NCBI GenBank assembly: GCA_965209055.1 | Contig: OZ242374.1 | Span: 4,960,001-5,024,000 of the forward strand | Origin: Acidobacteriota bacterium | GTDB lineage: Bacteria; Acidobacteriota; UBA6911; RPQK01; JAJDTT01 | Length of the DNA: 64,000 bases | Direction of reading: 5' to 3' | Part shown: one piece after another, positions 1-8,978 of the stretch | How positions within the stretch are numbered: the stretch's first letter is position 1 | Layout: each line of letters starts with the position of its first letter | Program-made: the position numbers and the translations under genes | The notes under the pieces: model-generated | Databases searched by the model: none | What the model saw: only the letters and a program-made list of their open reading frames with translations | What the model was told of the DNA's origin: nothing

Positions 1-1068
1 CTCAACACACTCTACGTCGAAAAGAACCTCAAGCACCACGGTCTGATCCAGGCCTTCTCCCGCACCAACCGCGTCCTCAACGCGACCAAGCCCTATGGCC
101 ACATCCTCGACTTCCGCCAGCAGCAAGACAGCGTCGACGACGCCATCTCTCTCTTCTCCGGTGCGCAGGCTGACCGGGCCCACGAGGTCTGGCTAGTCGA
201 CAAGGCTCCCGTCGCCATCGACAATTTCAGGAAGGCCGTCGCCGACCTCGGCGAGTTCATGCAGTCGCAGGGTCTCGAAGCCAAGCCCGATCAGGTGAAC
301 AACCTGAGGGGCGACGATGCTCGGGCTCAGTTCATCAAGCGGTTTAGGGAGGTCCAGCGCCTCCAGACCCAGCTCGACCAGTACACCGACCTCACCGACG
401 AGCAGCAGAAGCAGATCGAGCAAGCTCTCCCGAAGGACGATCTCCGGGCGTTCCGCGGCGTCTATCTCGAAACCGCCCGGCGCCTGAAGGACCAGCAGGG
501 CACGCTCGGAAAGGACGGCGAGCCAGCCAACCCCGAGGTTGCCCAGCTCGACTTCGAGTTCGTCCTGTTCGCTTCCGCACTCATCGACTACGACTACATC
601 ATGAAGCTGATCGCCAAGTACTCGGGCCAGGACCCGAAGAGGATCAGGATCAGTCGCGAGCAGCTCATCGGCCTTATCCAGTCCGACGCCAAGTTCCTCG
701 ACGAGCGGGAAGAGATCACCGACTACGTCCGCTCACTCAAGGAGGGTGAGAGCCTTGACGAGACCGCAGTCCGCGCCGGCTACGAGCAGTTCAAGGCCGA
801 GAAGCAGGCCAAGGAGATCGAAGGCCTCGCCCAGGTCCACGGTCTGACGACCGAGTCGCTCTCGGGCTTCGTCGACACCATCCTCCAGCGCATGATCTTC
901 GACGGCGAGCAGCTCACCGACCTGATGGAGCCGCTCGGCCTGGGCTGGCGTGAACGTCGCGAGCGGGAACTCTCCCTCATGGACGACCTCGTCCCGTTCC
1001 TGAACAAGCGGGCCCACGACCGGGATATCTCGGGACTCAACGCCTACGAGCAGGGGGGCGCGCGATGA
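1..1068 (+). CDS. hsdR: Type I restriction enzyme R subunit, C-terminal part (5' end outside window)
   Basis: Frame +1 from base 1 reads LNTLYVEKNLKHHGLIQAFSRTNR (HsdR helicase motif VI region), continuous with the 259..1068 ORF; ATGA overlap with hsdS. Confidence 0.93.
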   Translation, partial: LNTLYVEKNLKHHGLIQAFSRTNRVLNATKPYGHILDFRQQQDSVDDAISLFSGAQADRAHEVWLVDKAPVAIDNFRKAVADLGEFMQSQGLEAKPDQVNNLRGDDARAQFIKRFREVQRLQTQLDQYTDLTDEQQKQIEQALPKDDLRAFRGVYLETARRLKDQQGTLGKDGEPANPEVAQLDFEFVLFASALIDYDYIMKLIAKYSGQDPKRIRISREQLIGLIQSDAKFLDEREEITDYVRSLKEGESLDETAVRAGYEQFKAEKQAKEIEGLAQVHGLTTESLSGFVDTILQRMIFDGEQLTDLMEPLGLGWRERRERELSLMDDLVPFLNKRAHDRDISGLNAYEQGGAR

Positions 1069-2402
1069 CAGCTGATAGGCCATCGCACCTTATGCCGAGA
1101 CTGCGGTTTCCCGATTTTAAAGACGACCCGTCCTGGTTGGCCCCGCAACTTGCTGAACTATATGACTTTAAGCGCACAAACACGTTGTCGAGAAACAAAC
1201 TCAACTACGTAACCGGGACAATCAGGAACATTCATTACGGCGACATTCACACCAAGTTCAAGCCTCTGTTCCGAGTGGTTGAAGAGGATGTGCCGTACAT
1301 AAATCCAGATGTATCGGCTAATGCAATCAATGATGACGCATTCTGTGAGGAAGGCGACATTGTGCTTGCTGACGCTTCAGAAGACCTCGACGACGTCGGT
1401 AAGGCAATCGAAATTGTTTCGCTAGGCGGAGAACGCCTCGTCGCTGGGACGCACACCATTCTCGCGACGCGGCGAGGAAGCGTTCCTGTCCTTGGATTTG
1501 GCGGCCAATTATTCCAATCTGCTTCTGTTCGCGCAGGGGTAAGAAAAGAAGCTCAAGGCGCGAAGGTCTACGGCATATCGGCGAAGCGCATTTCGGATGT
1601 TCCGATCCCAGTACCTCCGACGAAGGACGAGCAGCAGAAGATCGCCGACTGCCTCGGCTCGCTGGACGACCTGATCGCTGCGGAGGGCCGGAAGCTAGAA
1701 GCCCTGCGGCAGCACAAACAAGGGCTGTTGCAGCAGCTCTTCCCCGAGCCTGGCGAAACCCAGCCGCTTCTCCGATTCACAGAGTTTCGCGACGCCCCTG
1801 ACTGGGAGCAGACTGCGCTGGGCACGCGCTTGGATCGTCCACCCGAATACGGCGTAAATGCACCGGCGGTGCCGTTCTCCGAGGACCTGCCAGCATACAT
1901 CCGCATCACCGACATCGACGACAATGGTTGGTTTGTTCCGGCTCCACGTGTATCAGTCGATATCGAACCCAGCGAAGATCAGTTCCTTCATCCGGGAGAC
2001 ATCGTGCTTGCGCGGACCGGGGCCAGCGTTGGCAAATCATACCGCTATCGTGTGGAAGACGGGCGCCTGGTCTTTGCTGGCTTTCTGATTCGGGTGAGAC
2101 CTAACCTGGACCGGCTCGTTCCAGAGTTTCTATCCGCATACCTCTCGACCTGGAGCTACTGGGATTGGGTGCGTCTCACGTCTGAACGTAGCGGACAACC
2201 GGGAATCAATGGGAGCGAATACGCATCAATGCCGCTTACTATGCCGACCCACGCTGCCAGCGCGTCCGAACAGCGCAAGATTGGCGACTGTGTCGCCGTA
2301 CTTGACGAGGGCATTGCTGAACAACGGCAAAAGCTGCGGGCGTTGAAATGTCACAAGAACGGTATGTTGCAACAGTTGTTCCCTACTCCGAGGGCGATAT
2401 GA
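1065..2402 (+). CDS. hsdS: Type I R-M specificity subunit
   Basis: PRLRFPDF, two TRDs separated by the conserved EQQKIADCLGSLDDLI...KQGLLQQLF helix, repeated at the C-terminus. Confidence 0.95.
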   Translation: MTADRPSHLMPRLRFPDFKDDPSWLAPQLAELYDFKRTNTLSRNKLNYVTGTIRNIHYGDIHTKFKPLFRVVEEDVPYINPDVSANAINDDAFCEEGDIVLADASEDLDDVGKAIEIVSLGGERLVAGTHTILATRRGSVPVLGFGGQLFQSASVRAGVRKEAQGAKVYGISAKRISDVPIPVPPTKDEQQKIADCLGSLDDLIAAEGRKLEALRQHKQGLLQQLFPEPGETQPLLRFTEFRDAPDWEQTALGTRLDRPPEYGVNAPAVPFSEDLPAYIRITDIDDNGWFVPAPRVSVDIEPSEDQFLHPGDIVLARTGASVGKSYRYRVEDGRLVFAGFLIRVRPNLDRLVPEFLSAYLSTWSYWDWVRLTSERSGQPGINGSEYASMPLTMPTHAASASEQRKIGDCVAVLDEGIAEQRQKLRALKCHKNGMLQQLFPTPRAI

Positions 2403-3484
2403 CGACCATCGAAGACATCGCCATCAGACTGCGCGACGGCGCTGCTAACGTTCAACTGCTCTACGCCTTCAACTCGGTGGGCAAGACGCGGCTGTCGGTC
2501 GCGTACAAAAACGCAACAAAAGACGCCGAAGGTAGGCACGCGGGCATCTACTACAACGCATACAGCGAGGATCTCTTCGTCTGGAACAATGACATCGAGA
2601 ACAGTGAGGCCAACATTCGACTCACCGTCCTCCCGAGCAGTCTCAGCAGGCTTCACGCCGATCTTAACGAACTCGACATCCACGCGAAGCTGAAACCTTA
2701 TAGACCGAGCTTCGACTTCCGCTTCGTCACGCACCGAGATGCGGAGAAGGGAATCGAGTCGATTTCATTTTTCCCCGCGGGTACGCAGCCCGGAGACGTT
2801 CCGGCGATGAAGATCTCCCGTGGCGAGGAGCGAGTGTTTGTCTGGTGCTTCTTTCTAGCGATGATGGAAGTGGAAGGTTGGGCGGATAGGCAGCCTCGCC
2901 ATATATTCATCGACGATCCGGTCTCAAGCCTCGACGACCACAATATCTTCGTGACCGCATCGACGCTGTACGACTTAATCAAGAAGCACTACGGCGACCG
3001 GAAGATCATCATTGCCACCCATCATGTCGGGATGTTCTCCATCCTGTGCGATTGGTTGAAGAAGGGCGAGAAGAGCGACAAGTACAAGCCGAAGACAAAG
3101 GCGAGCATTCTGAGCGTTAAACGCGGTGAGGTTTCGCTGGAGACCCACCGGAGCGACGTGTTCCTCTATCACCTCCGAGTCCTTCAGTTGCTGGATCAAG
3201 CTCGGCAAGAGAAGAATGTTCGTGCATACCACTTCGCCCTTCTCCGTCAGCTGCTAGAGAGCGTGTCGTCGTTCCTTGGTGTCGGTCGGATCAGCTATGC
3301 ATTCAAACGCATCGGCTTCGAGGATGCGGATGAGATCGCCCGCATCGTAAACACCCTCGCCCACAAGAATGTCTACTACTTCGAATCCGACCTCCTCGTA
3401 CCGGACAGCTTGGCGCTGTTTGAGGAGATTTATGCGAAGCTGAAGACGCGGTACGCGTTCGTCACCCATGCCAGCAAACCATGA
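2399..3484 (+). CDS. prrC: PrrC-family anticodon nuclease (ABC-ATPase plus HEPN)
   Basis: VQLLYAFNSVGKTRLS Walker A, KISRGEE signature, IFIDDPVSSLD Walker B, ATHH H-loop, C-terminal LRQLLE and RIVNTLAH; lies inside an hsd operon; ATG 2399 overlaps the hsdS stop. Confidence 0.88.
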   Translation: MTTIEDIAIRLRDGAANVQLLYAFNSVGKTRLSVAYKNATKDAEGRHAGIYYNAYSEDLFVWNNDIENSEANIRLTVLPSSLSRLHADLNELDIHAKLKPYRPSFDFRFVTHRDAEKGIESISFFPAGTQPGDVPAMKISRGEERVFVWCFFLAMMEVEGWADRQPRHIFIDDPVSSLDDHNIFVTASTLYDLIKKHYGDRKIIIATHHVGMFSILCDWLKKGEKSDKYKPKTKASILSVKRGEVSLETHRSDVFLYHLRVLQLLDQARQEKNVRAYHFALLRQLLESVSSFLGVGRISYAFKRIGFEDADEIARIVNTLAHKNVYYFESDLLVPDSLALFEEIYAKLKTRYAFVTHASKP

Positions 3485-5109
3485 CAGAGGACAACCAGAA
3501 ACAGCTTGGCAAAACGCTCTGGTCCATCGCCGACCAGCTACGCGGGGCGATGAACGCAGACGACTTCCGCGACTACATGCTCGCGTTCCTATTCCTCCGC
3601 TACCTCTCGGACAACTACGAGCGGGCCGCGAAGAAGGAACTCGGGCGCGACTACCCCGACCCGAACGCCATCGCCAACGGCGGGCGGTCCTCCCTGTCTG
3701 ACTGGTACCAGCAGAACCCCGAAGACGTGTCGGCATTCGAGAAGCAGATGCGTCTCAAGGCGCACTATGTCATTCGCCCCGAGCACCTCTGGACTAGCAT
3801 CTTCCACATGGCCCGTACTCAGGAGAGCGATCTGCTCAACACCCTCCAGGCAGGCTTCAAATACATCGAGAACGAGTCATTCCAGAGCACGTTCTCGGGC
3901 CTGTTCTCGGAGATCAATCTCGGCTCCGACAAGCTTGGCAAGACCTACAGAGACCGGAACGCGAAGCTCTGCACGATCATCACCAGGATAGCCGAGGGCC
4001 TCTCGGAGTTCTCCACCGACAGCGACACCCTGGGCGACGCCTATGAGTACCTGATCGGGCAGTTCGCTGCTGGATCGGGCAAGAAGGCCGGGGAGTTCTA
4101 CACGCCGCAGCGGATCTCGGACATCCTCTCCGCGATCGTCGCGCTAGACGGCCAGGAGCCGAAGACCGGCAAGCGGAAACATCTCGCCAGCGTGATGGAC
4201 TTCGCCTGTGGCTCGGCCTCGCTGCTGCTCAATGTGCGCAAGCGCATGGGGCGGCACGGCATCGGCAAGATCTACGGACAGGAGAAGAACATCACCTCCT
4301 ACAACCTCGCGCGGATGAACATGCTGCTGCACGGGGTGAAGGACTCAGAGTTCGATATCTATCACGGTGACACGCTGACCAACGACTGGGACTTTCTCCG
4401 CGAGACGAACCCGGCCAAGAAGCCCCACTTCGACGCCGTGGTTGCCAACCCGCCGTTCAGCTACCGCTGGAACCCGAACGAGGCGTTAGTCGAGGACGTG
4501 CGCTTCAAAAACTACAGACTGGCCCCGAAGTCGGCGGCGGACTTCTCGTTCCTCCTGCACGGCTTTCACTACCTAAAGGATGATGGTGTGATGGCGATCA
4601 TCCTGCCGCACGGCGTGCTGTTCCGTGGCGGCGCGGAGGGGAAGATTCGCCGCAAGCTCCTTGACGACGGGCACATCGACACCGTCATCGGGCTGCCGGC
4701 GAATCTATTCTACTCGACCGGCATCCCGGTCTGCATCCTCGTCCTGAAGAAGTGCAAGAAGCCCGATGATGTCCTGTTCATCAACGCATCCGAGCATTTC
4801 GAGAAGGGCAAACGACAAAACTACTTGTCCGACGAGCATATCGAGAAGATCATCGACACCTACCAGCAGCGTCGGGAGCTCATCGAGCGGTACGCCAGAC
4901 GCGTGGGGATGGACGAGATTGAGGCCAACGACTACAACCTGAACATCTCGCGCTATGTCAGCACGGCCAAGCAGGAGGTCGCGATCAATCTGTCGGCCAC
5001 GCACAAGGAGTTGGTCGAAGTCGAGAATCTGATTCAGGAGACAACGGCGAAGCACAACACGTTTCTGAAGGAACTTGGGCTATCCCCATTGCCAGCGCCC
5101 AATAAGTAA
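3481..5109 (+). CDS. hsdM: Type I R-M methyltransferase subunit (N6-adenine)
   Basis: GEFYTP, DFACGS, NPPF catalytic motif, LPHGVLFRG. Confidence 0.97.
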   Translation: MTEDNQKQLGKTLWSIADQLRGAMNADDFRDYMLAFLFLRYLSDNYERAAKKELGRDYPDPNAIANGGRSSLSDWYQQNPEDVSAFEKQMRLKAHYVIRPEHLWTSIFHMARTQESDLLNTLQAGFKYIENESFQSTFSGLFSEINLGSDKLGKTYRDRNAKLCTIITRIAEGLSEFSTDSDTLGDAYEYLIGQFAAGSGKKAGEFYTPQRISDILSAIVALDGQEPKTGKRKHLASVMDFACGSASLLLNVRKRMGRHGIGKIYGQEKNITSYNLARMNMLLHGVKDSEFDIYHGDTLTNDWDFLRETNPAKKPHFDAVVANPPFSYRWNPNEALVEDVRFKNYRLAPKSAADFSFLLHGFHYLKDDGVMAIILPHGVLFRGGAEGKIRRKLLDDGHIDTVIGLPANLFYSTGIPVCILVLKKCKKPDDVLFINASEHFEKGKRQNYLSDEHIEKIIDTYQQRRELIERYARRVGMDEIEANDYNLNISRYVSTAKQEVAINLSATHKELVEVENLIQETTAKHNTFLKELGLSPLPAPNK

Positions 5110-5174
5110 TCGAAGCGATCCCTCCGGCTATGGCTGGCGCTGCATGCACGCGGCGCTGAGGGATCGAGGCTGGA

Positions 5175-5310
5175 TCATGAAGCACATGAAGATCAAACGC
5201 CTGATGGCGACTGTACGAGCAGACCATCGAGCGGGCGGAGGCCGCTGAAGCGCGTGCGGAGGAGTTGAAGTGGACGGAGATGGCCGCCCACAGCGCGGAG
5301 GGTTCGTTAA
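5175..5310 (+). pseudogene. Possible remnant of a transposase N-terminal coiled coil (IS66-like)
   Basis: Fragment LYEQTIERAEAAEARAEELKWTEMAAHSAEGSL resembles, from memory, the N-termini of some IS66-family transposases; no catalytic domain is present. Confidence 0.25.
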
Positions 5311-6036
5311 TGAGAACGGAAGATCACCGTTTACAGGGACATTTTGAGCGGCGTGGATTCGTCGAGTTTCAGACGTCTCGAGATTCCTCGGTGAAAACGC
5401 GGCAGCAATCAAAGGTCCACGATCGAAAGCTCGTGATGGAGGGAGACGATTATGGCGTGATGCTCGGCGGTCAATTTGTGTCGCTGACATGTGGTCGCCA
5501 TTCTTGGATTGAAATGCCCAAGCTCGTAATCTAGTACCCAACTTGGACTCCTGTCCGGTTCCTTCCTCATTGGATCGCCCGATTCAGGAACTTATTGGGC
5601 AAGACTTGGCCGTTCAGGTGCTGGATTGGCGATGATAGCTTCGCGCGAGCGTTCCAGGTGCACCATAGACGGCCTGCACCGCGCGCTCCCACTTCAAACA
5701 AGACCACCATTCCGATCGTAACGACGATATTTTCTTCTCCGGGACCGAATTCGGCCGAACTCTCCTGGACAACACTGGCCCTCTGAGCGCGTCTCTTTTT
5801 TCGGACTCTGACGAATTCGGTTCCAGAGGAGATTCCGGCGCCAACACCGAGCACTTTGGCCTCGATCACCGCATACAGTATCGGCTCGTGAACCGCGATC
5901 CGATCCGGGATTGTCCCCAGGCCTGGGAAGGGGATCCTATCCGGTGCGCCAGACCACGGCCGCCGATCCAGCCGGAACGAGAACCACAATTCTCCACTTC
6001 ATAGGACGATTCTTATACCTTCCCGTAGGGATATTT

Positions 6037-6275
6037 TGGAAGGGAGCGACCCCCCCAGGGGGTGTTGCGCAGATGTAAGTTGCGCCACACCCCCGCGCCC
6101 GCACCGGGCAGCAAAAAGGGGGGGTCGCTCCCGTCCACCTCCGATTTCCCCGTGCGGGCGCGGCGAAGCCGGGAATGTGGCCGTAACGGCATGAGCGACA
6201 AAGAGTTCGGGGAAATCGCGTGTGTAAGTGAAATCGCTCCCCTGTTGTAAGTCGCCCCCGTTGTCTCACTTACAC
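6037..6275. repeat. Cluster of nested inverted repeats
   Basis: Perfect 15-bp IR 6042-6056/6118-6132, an inner 13/14 IR, and IRs 6142-6152/6208-6218 and 6222-6231/6266-6275. Confidence 0.8.
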
Positions 6276-6311
6276 TCCCGGATCGACACCGGGAAGCCCT
6301 TTCACCTCCCC

Positions 6312-6665
6312 ATGAACACTGTCGGTCCGCAGGTGACGCAGCAGTCGCAGGCGCCGGAGGCGCTGGGCCTTTACCGGCGGCTGTTCCCGTGCCGCCACCA
6401 TGCCGGCCATGCCCAGGGACGGAGCCGTTACTTCCTCCGCAAGCTCCCCCTGGCCCTAGAGGAGGAGCAGGTCATCCGCCGCATCGGGCAGGCCGTCCGG
6501 ACCAACGACCGGGAGTGCCTCGCCCGCTACGGTGGCTTTGTGAAAGCCATGGACCACCGCTAGGCGCTACCGGAGCGGGCCATCGCCCCCATCCCCCAAA
6601 ACCGCATCCGCATCGACCGGGGCCGGACCTGGCTCTCGGTCCGGATTCCAGCGGAACCGGGGGGA
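6312..6665 (+). pseudogene. Degenerate ORF of unknown function with in-frame TAG at 6561-6563
   Basis: Coding-like GC3 bias; the frame continues past the stop as ALPERAIAPIPQNRIRIDRGRTWLSVRIP. Confidence 0.35.
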
Positions 6666-6975
6666 GGGTTGTGGAGCGCCTCTGGGGCCGCGCGCGCCCG
6701 GTCCCGGGTGGACACTGTGGACGTCGTGGAACCACGGGCTGCGAAGAGCACGGAAAGTCCCATTGAGGGCAGTGCGGCGGTCCGCTCCCGGGCCGTGTTC
6801 CACCTCCGGGGGGCCGGTCCGGCGAAGTCCCAGGATGTGAAACACACATGGGGGGGTGTGTTCCACTCTCGGAGCGGCGAGTTTCACAAGCCCCCTTTCC
6901 GCCATCCTGTTGAGCCCCTTCGGGTTGTCCCCGTCCTTCCGGAGGAGGCGCGCCCGGACGGGGAGTCCGGGGAGG

Positions 6976-7085
6976 AGAAGTGAGCGACCCCCCTGTTTTC
7001 GTGCCTCGCACGTCACGCAAGCGCTGCCCGTGTTCCACTCCGTTGGACACCGGCGCGGCATGCTCGGGGGGGGTCGCTCACTTCT
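6976..7085. repeat. 18-bp perfect inverted repeat sharing the GAGCGACCCCCC core with the 6042 hairpin
   Basis: agaagtgagcgacccccc 6976-6993 pairs with ggggggtcgctcacttct 7068-7085. Confidence 0.85.
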
Positions 7086-7350
7086 TCATTGATCCCTGCG
7101 GGAAGGCCTCTGCGAAGATGGGGAAAGGAGAATTCCAGTCTGTCGTGAGAGAATGCCCCGCATGGGAGAGGACAACGTCCAACGGCCTATCCCGAACCCT
7201 TGGCCCGGTCTCACCAAGCCAACACAGGCGAAATGGCGGGCTTGTTTTTTCGGGAATTCTCGAAGACTGCGCCTGAGTGAGTTTCAGGCGGCGAATCGGC
7301 GGGCTATGGCTTCGCGCAGGCCTTCAATCTGCCGCTCTACGCACGGCGGA

Positions 7351-8574
7351 TCAACGGAGCCGGACGGCCGCCGGGTCTCGACTCTCGCCAGCCAGGTAGT
7401 CCGACCAGTCGTCCATGAGCCGGCGCCGGCGCTCGAACAGGTCCGTGCGCCGGTAGGCCGCCTCGATCGGGTTGCGCACCTTGTGCGCCAAAGCCGCCTC
7501 CGCCACCTCGCGCGGATGATCCGTCTCCTCCGCCGCCCAGTCCCGGAAACTCGACCGGAACCCGTGCGGTACCGCCGCGATCCTCAACCTCCGGAGCAGC
7601 TCCGCCATCGCCGTGTTCCCGACTGGCTTTCCGCCCACGCTCGGAAACACGAGGGGTCCGATGCCACCGAGGGCCCGCGCCTCCTCCAGGATCTCCAACG
7701 CTCGCCGGGACAACGGGACCCGGTGCTCCCGATTCCCCTTCGTACGCCGGGCCGGGATGGTCCACACCCCCTCCTCCCGGTCGATCTCCGTCCACGCGGC
7801 CCTGCGGACCTCGCCGGAGCGTGTCGCCGTCAACACCAGAAACTCGAAGGCCAGCTTCAACACCGGCCGTGCGTTGGCCCCCTGCACCGACTGGAGCGCG
7901 GCCGCCACCTTCCGGTGGGGCAACGCCCGCATGTGACGCACCACCTTTCCCTGCGCACCGAGCACCGGGCCGATCCGGTCACAGGGGTTGTCGGGCCGAA
8001 GATCCATCGCCACGGCCCACTTCAGGACCGCGCGGATGCGCTGGCGCAGCTTCCGGGCGGTGGAGGCCTTCTCGTGCCAGATCGGAGCGAGAATTCCGAT
8101 CACGTCGGCGCTCGTCACTTCCGCAATCGGCATCTCACCGATGCGGGGGAAGGCGTGGTGCTCCAGGCTCCCCAGCCAGAGCCGCGCATGCCGGGCGGAG
8201 CGCCAGCCCGGTCGCAACTGCTTCCAGACCGTCCGGGTGGCGTCAGCGAAGGTGGGCATCGCCACGGACTCCCGCTTCCCGGCCCGGGGGTCGCCTCCCT
8301 CACGGGCCAGCTTGCGGTTGGCGAACGCCTTCTCGCGCGCTTCCTTGAGCGAGACGAGGGGGAATCCACCGAGTCCGAGCTCGGCTCGGCGGCCACGGAT
8401 GGTGAGGCGTTGAATCCAGCCCCGACTGCCCGTGGGCCGGACGTCGAGATAAAGCCCCTGGCCGTCGCAGTAGCGTCCGGCCTGGTTCACGTTGCGGACG
8501 AAGACCGGGGTCAGGGCGTTGAGGGGATGCCGGCCGCGCGGCTTGCGTTTCGGGGGACGTTTCACAAGCGTCAT
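7351..8574 (-). CDS. P4-like tyrosine integrase with arm-binding N-terminal domain
   Basis: DGQGLYLDV, LGLGGFPLVSLKEARE; catalytic TRSGE, TKG, HGFR, LAH, AAYRR residues intact. Confidence 0.95.
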   Translation of the reverse strand: MTLVKRPPKRKPRGRHPLNALTPVFVRNVNQAGRYCDGQGLYLDVRPTGSRGWIQRLTIRGRRAELGLGGFPLVSLKEAREKAFANRKLAREGGDPRAGKRESVAMPTFADATRTVWKQLRPGWRSARHARLWLGSLEHHAFPRIGEMPIAEVTSADVIGILAPIWHEKASTARKLRQRIRAVLKWAVAMDLRPDNPCDRIGPVLGAQGKVVRHMRALPHRKVAAALQSVQGANARPVLKLAFEFLVLTATRSGEVRRAAWTEIDREEGVWTIPARRTKGNREHRVPLSRRALEILEEARALGGIGPLVFPSVGGKPVGNTAMAELLRRLRIAAVPHGFRSSFRDWAAEETDHPREVAEAALAHKVRNPIEAAYRRTDLFERRRRLMDDWSDYLAGESRDPAAVRLR

Positions 8575-8734
8575 ACCCACCACTATACCCCCACAATATC
8601 GTGGATGCAAGAGGATGGAGCGGATCGTTATGGGACACTGGAGAACGTCAGAAATCCTGATAAATCAATGAAAAACAGACACTTATGCAAAATATTGGAC
8701 ATATCTGGACGCTATGCCCATCCAACAAACTACA

Positions 8735-8853
8735 GCCCGGCGGACTGCGTTGCGATTCGGGCACATACTCCCGGTATGCACCCGAATCGCGCCTTGTCCG
8801 GCGGGCGCAGGAACGGTCTCGGTGCTCGCGGGACTTTCGCCACGGACTGTTAA
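8735..8853. repeat. Palindromic MITE/REP-like repeat, apparently lacking its left terminus
   Basis: Stem 8735-8745/8796-8806 with inner gcgattcggg/cccgaatcgc; ends in ttcgccacggactgttaa. Confidence 0.55.
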
Positions 8854-8978
8854 ACATCGCCGGGGCACGGGAAGTTCTCCGGGGACGGCAATGGTCGCCG
8901 ATCCGCGCCCTATGGTACGCTCGGCTGCCTGCGGTCCGGGATCGGCTTCGGTTGGCCACCACCTGCTCCTGACGAGTC

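Larger units (their letters stand above)
1..8730. mobile_element. Right end of an integrative defence island (left end outside window)
   Basis: R-M/PrrC cargo plus integrase; AT-richer att-like segment 8575-8730 with ATACCC arm-like repeats; core genes resume at 8979. Confidence 0.7.

Noticed and set aside
5567-5989. 140-aa minus-strand ORF in the island
   Set aside because: No recognisable motif or RBS; cannot be supported as a gene
7153-8853. 566-aa plus-strand ORF
   Set aside because: Antisense shadow of the integrase
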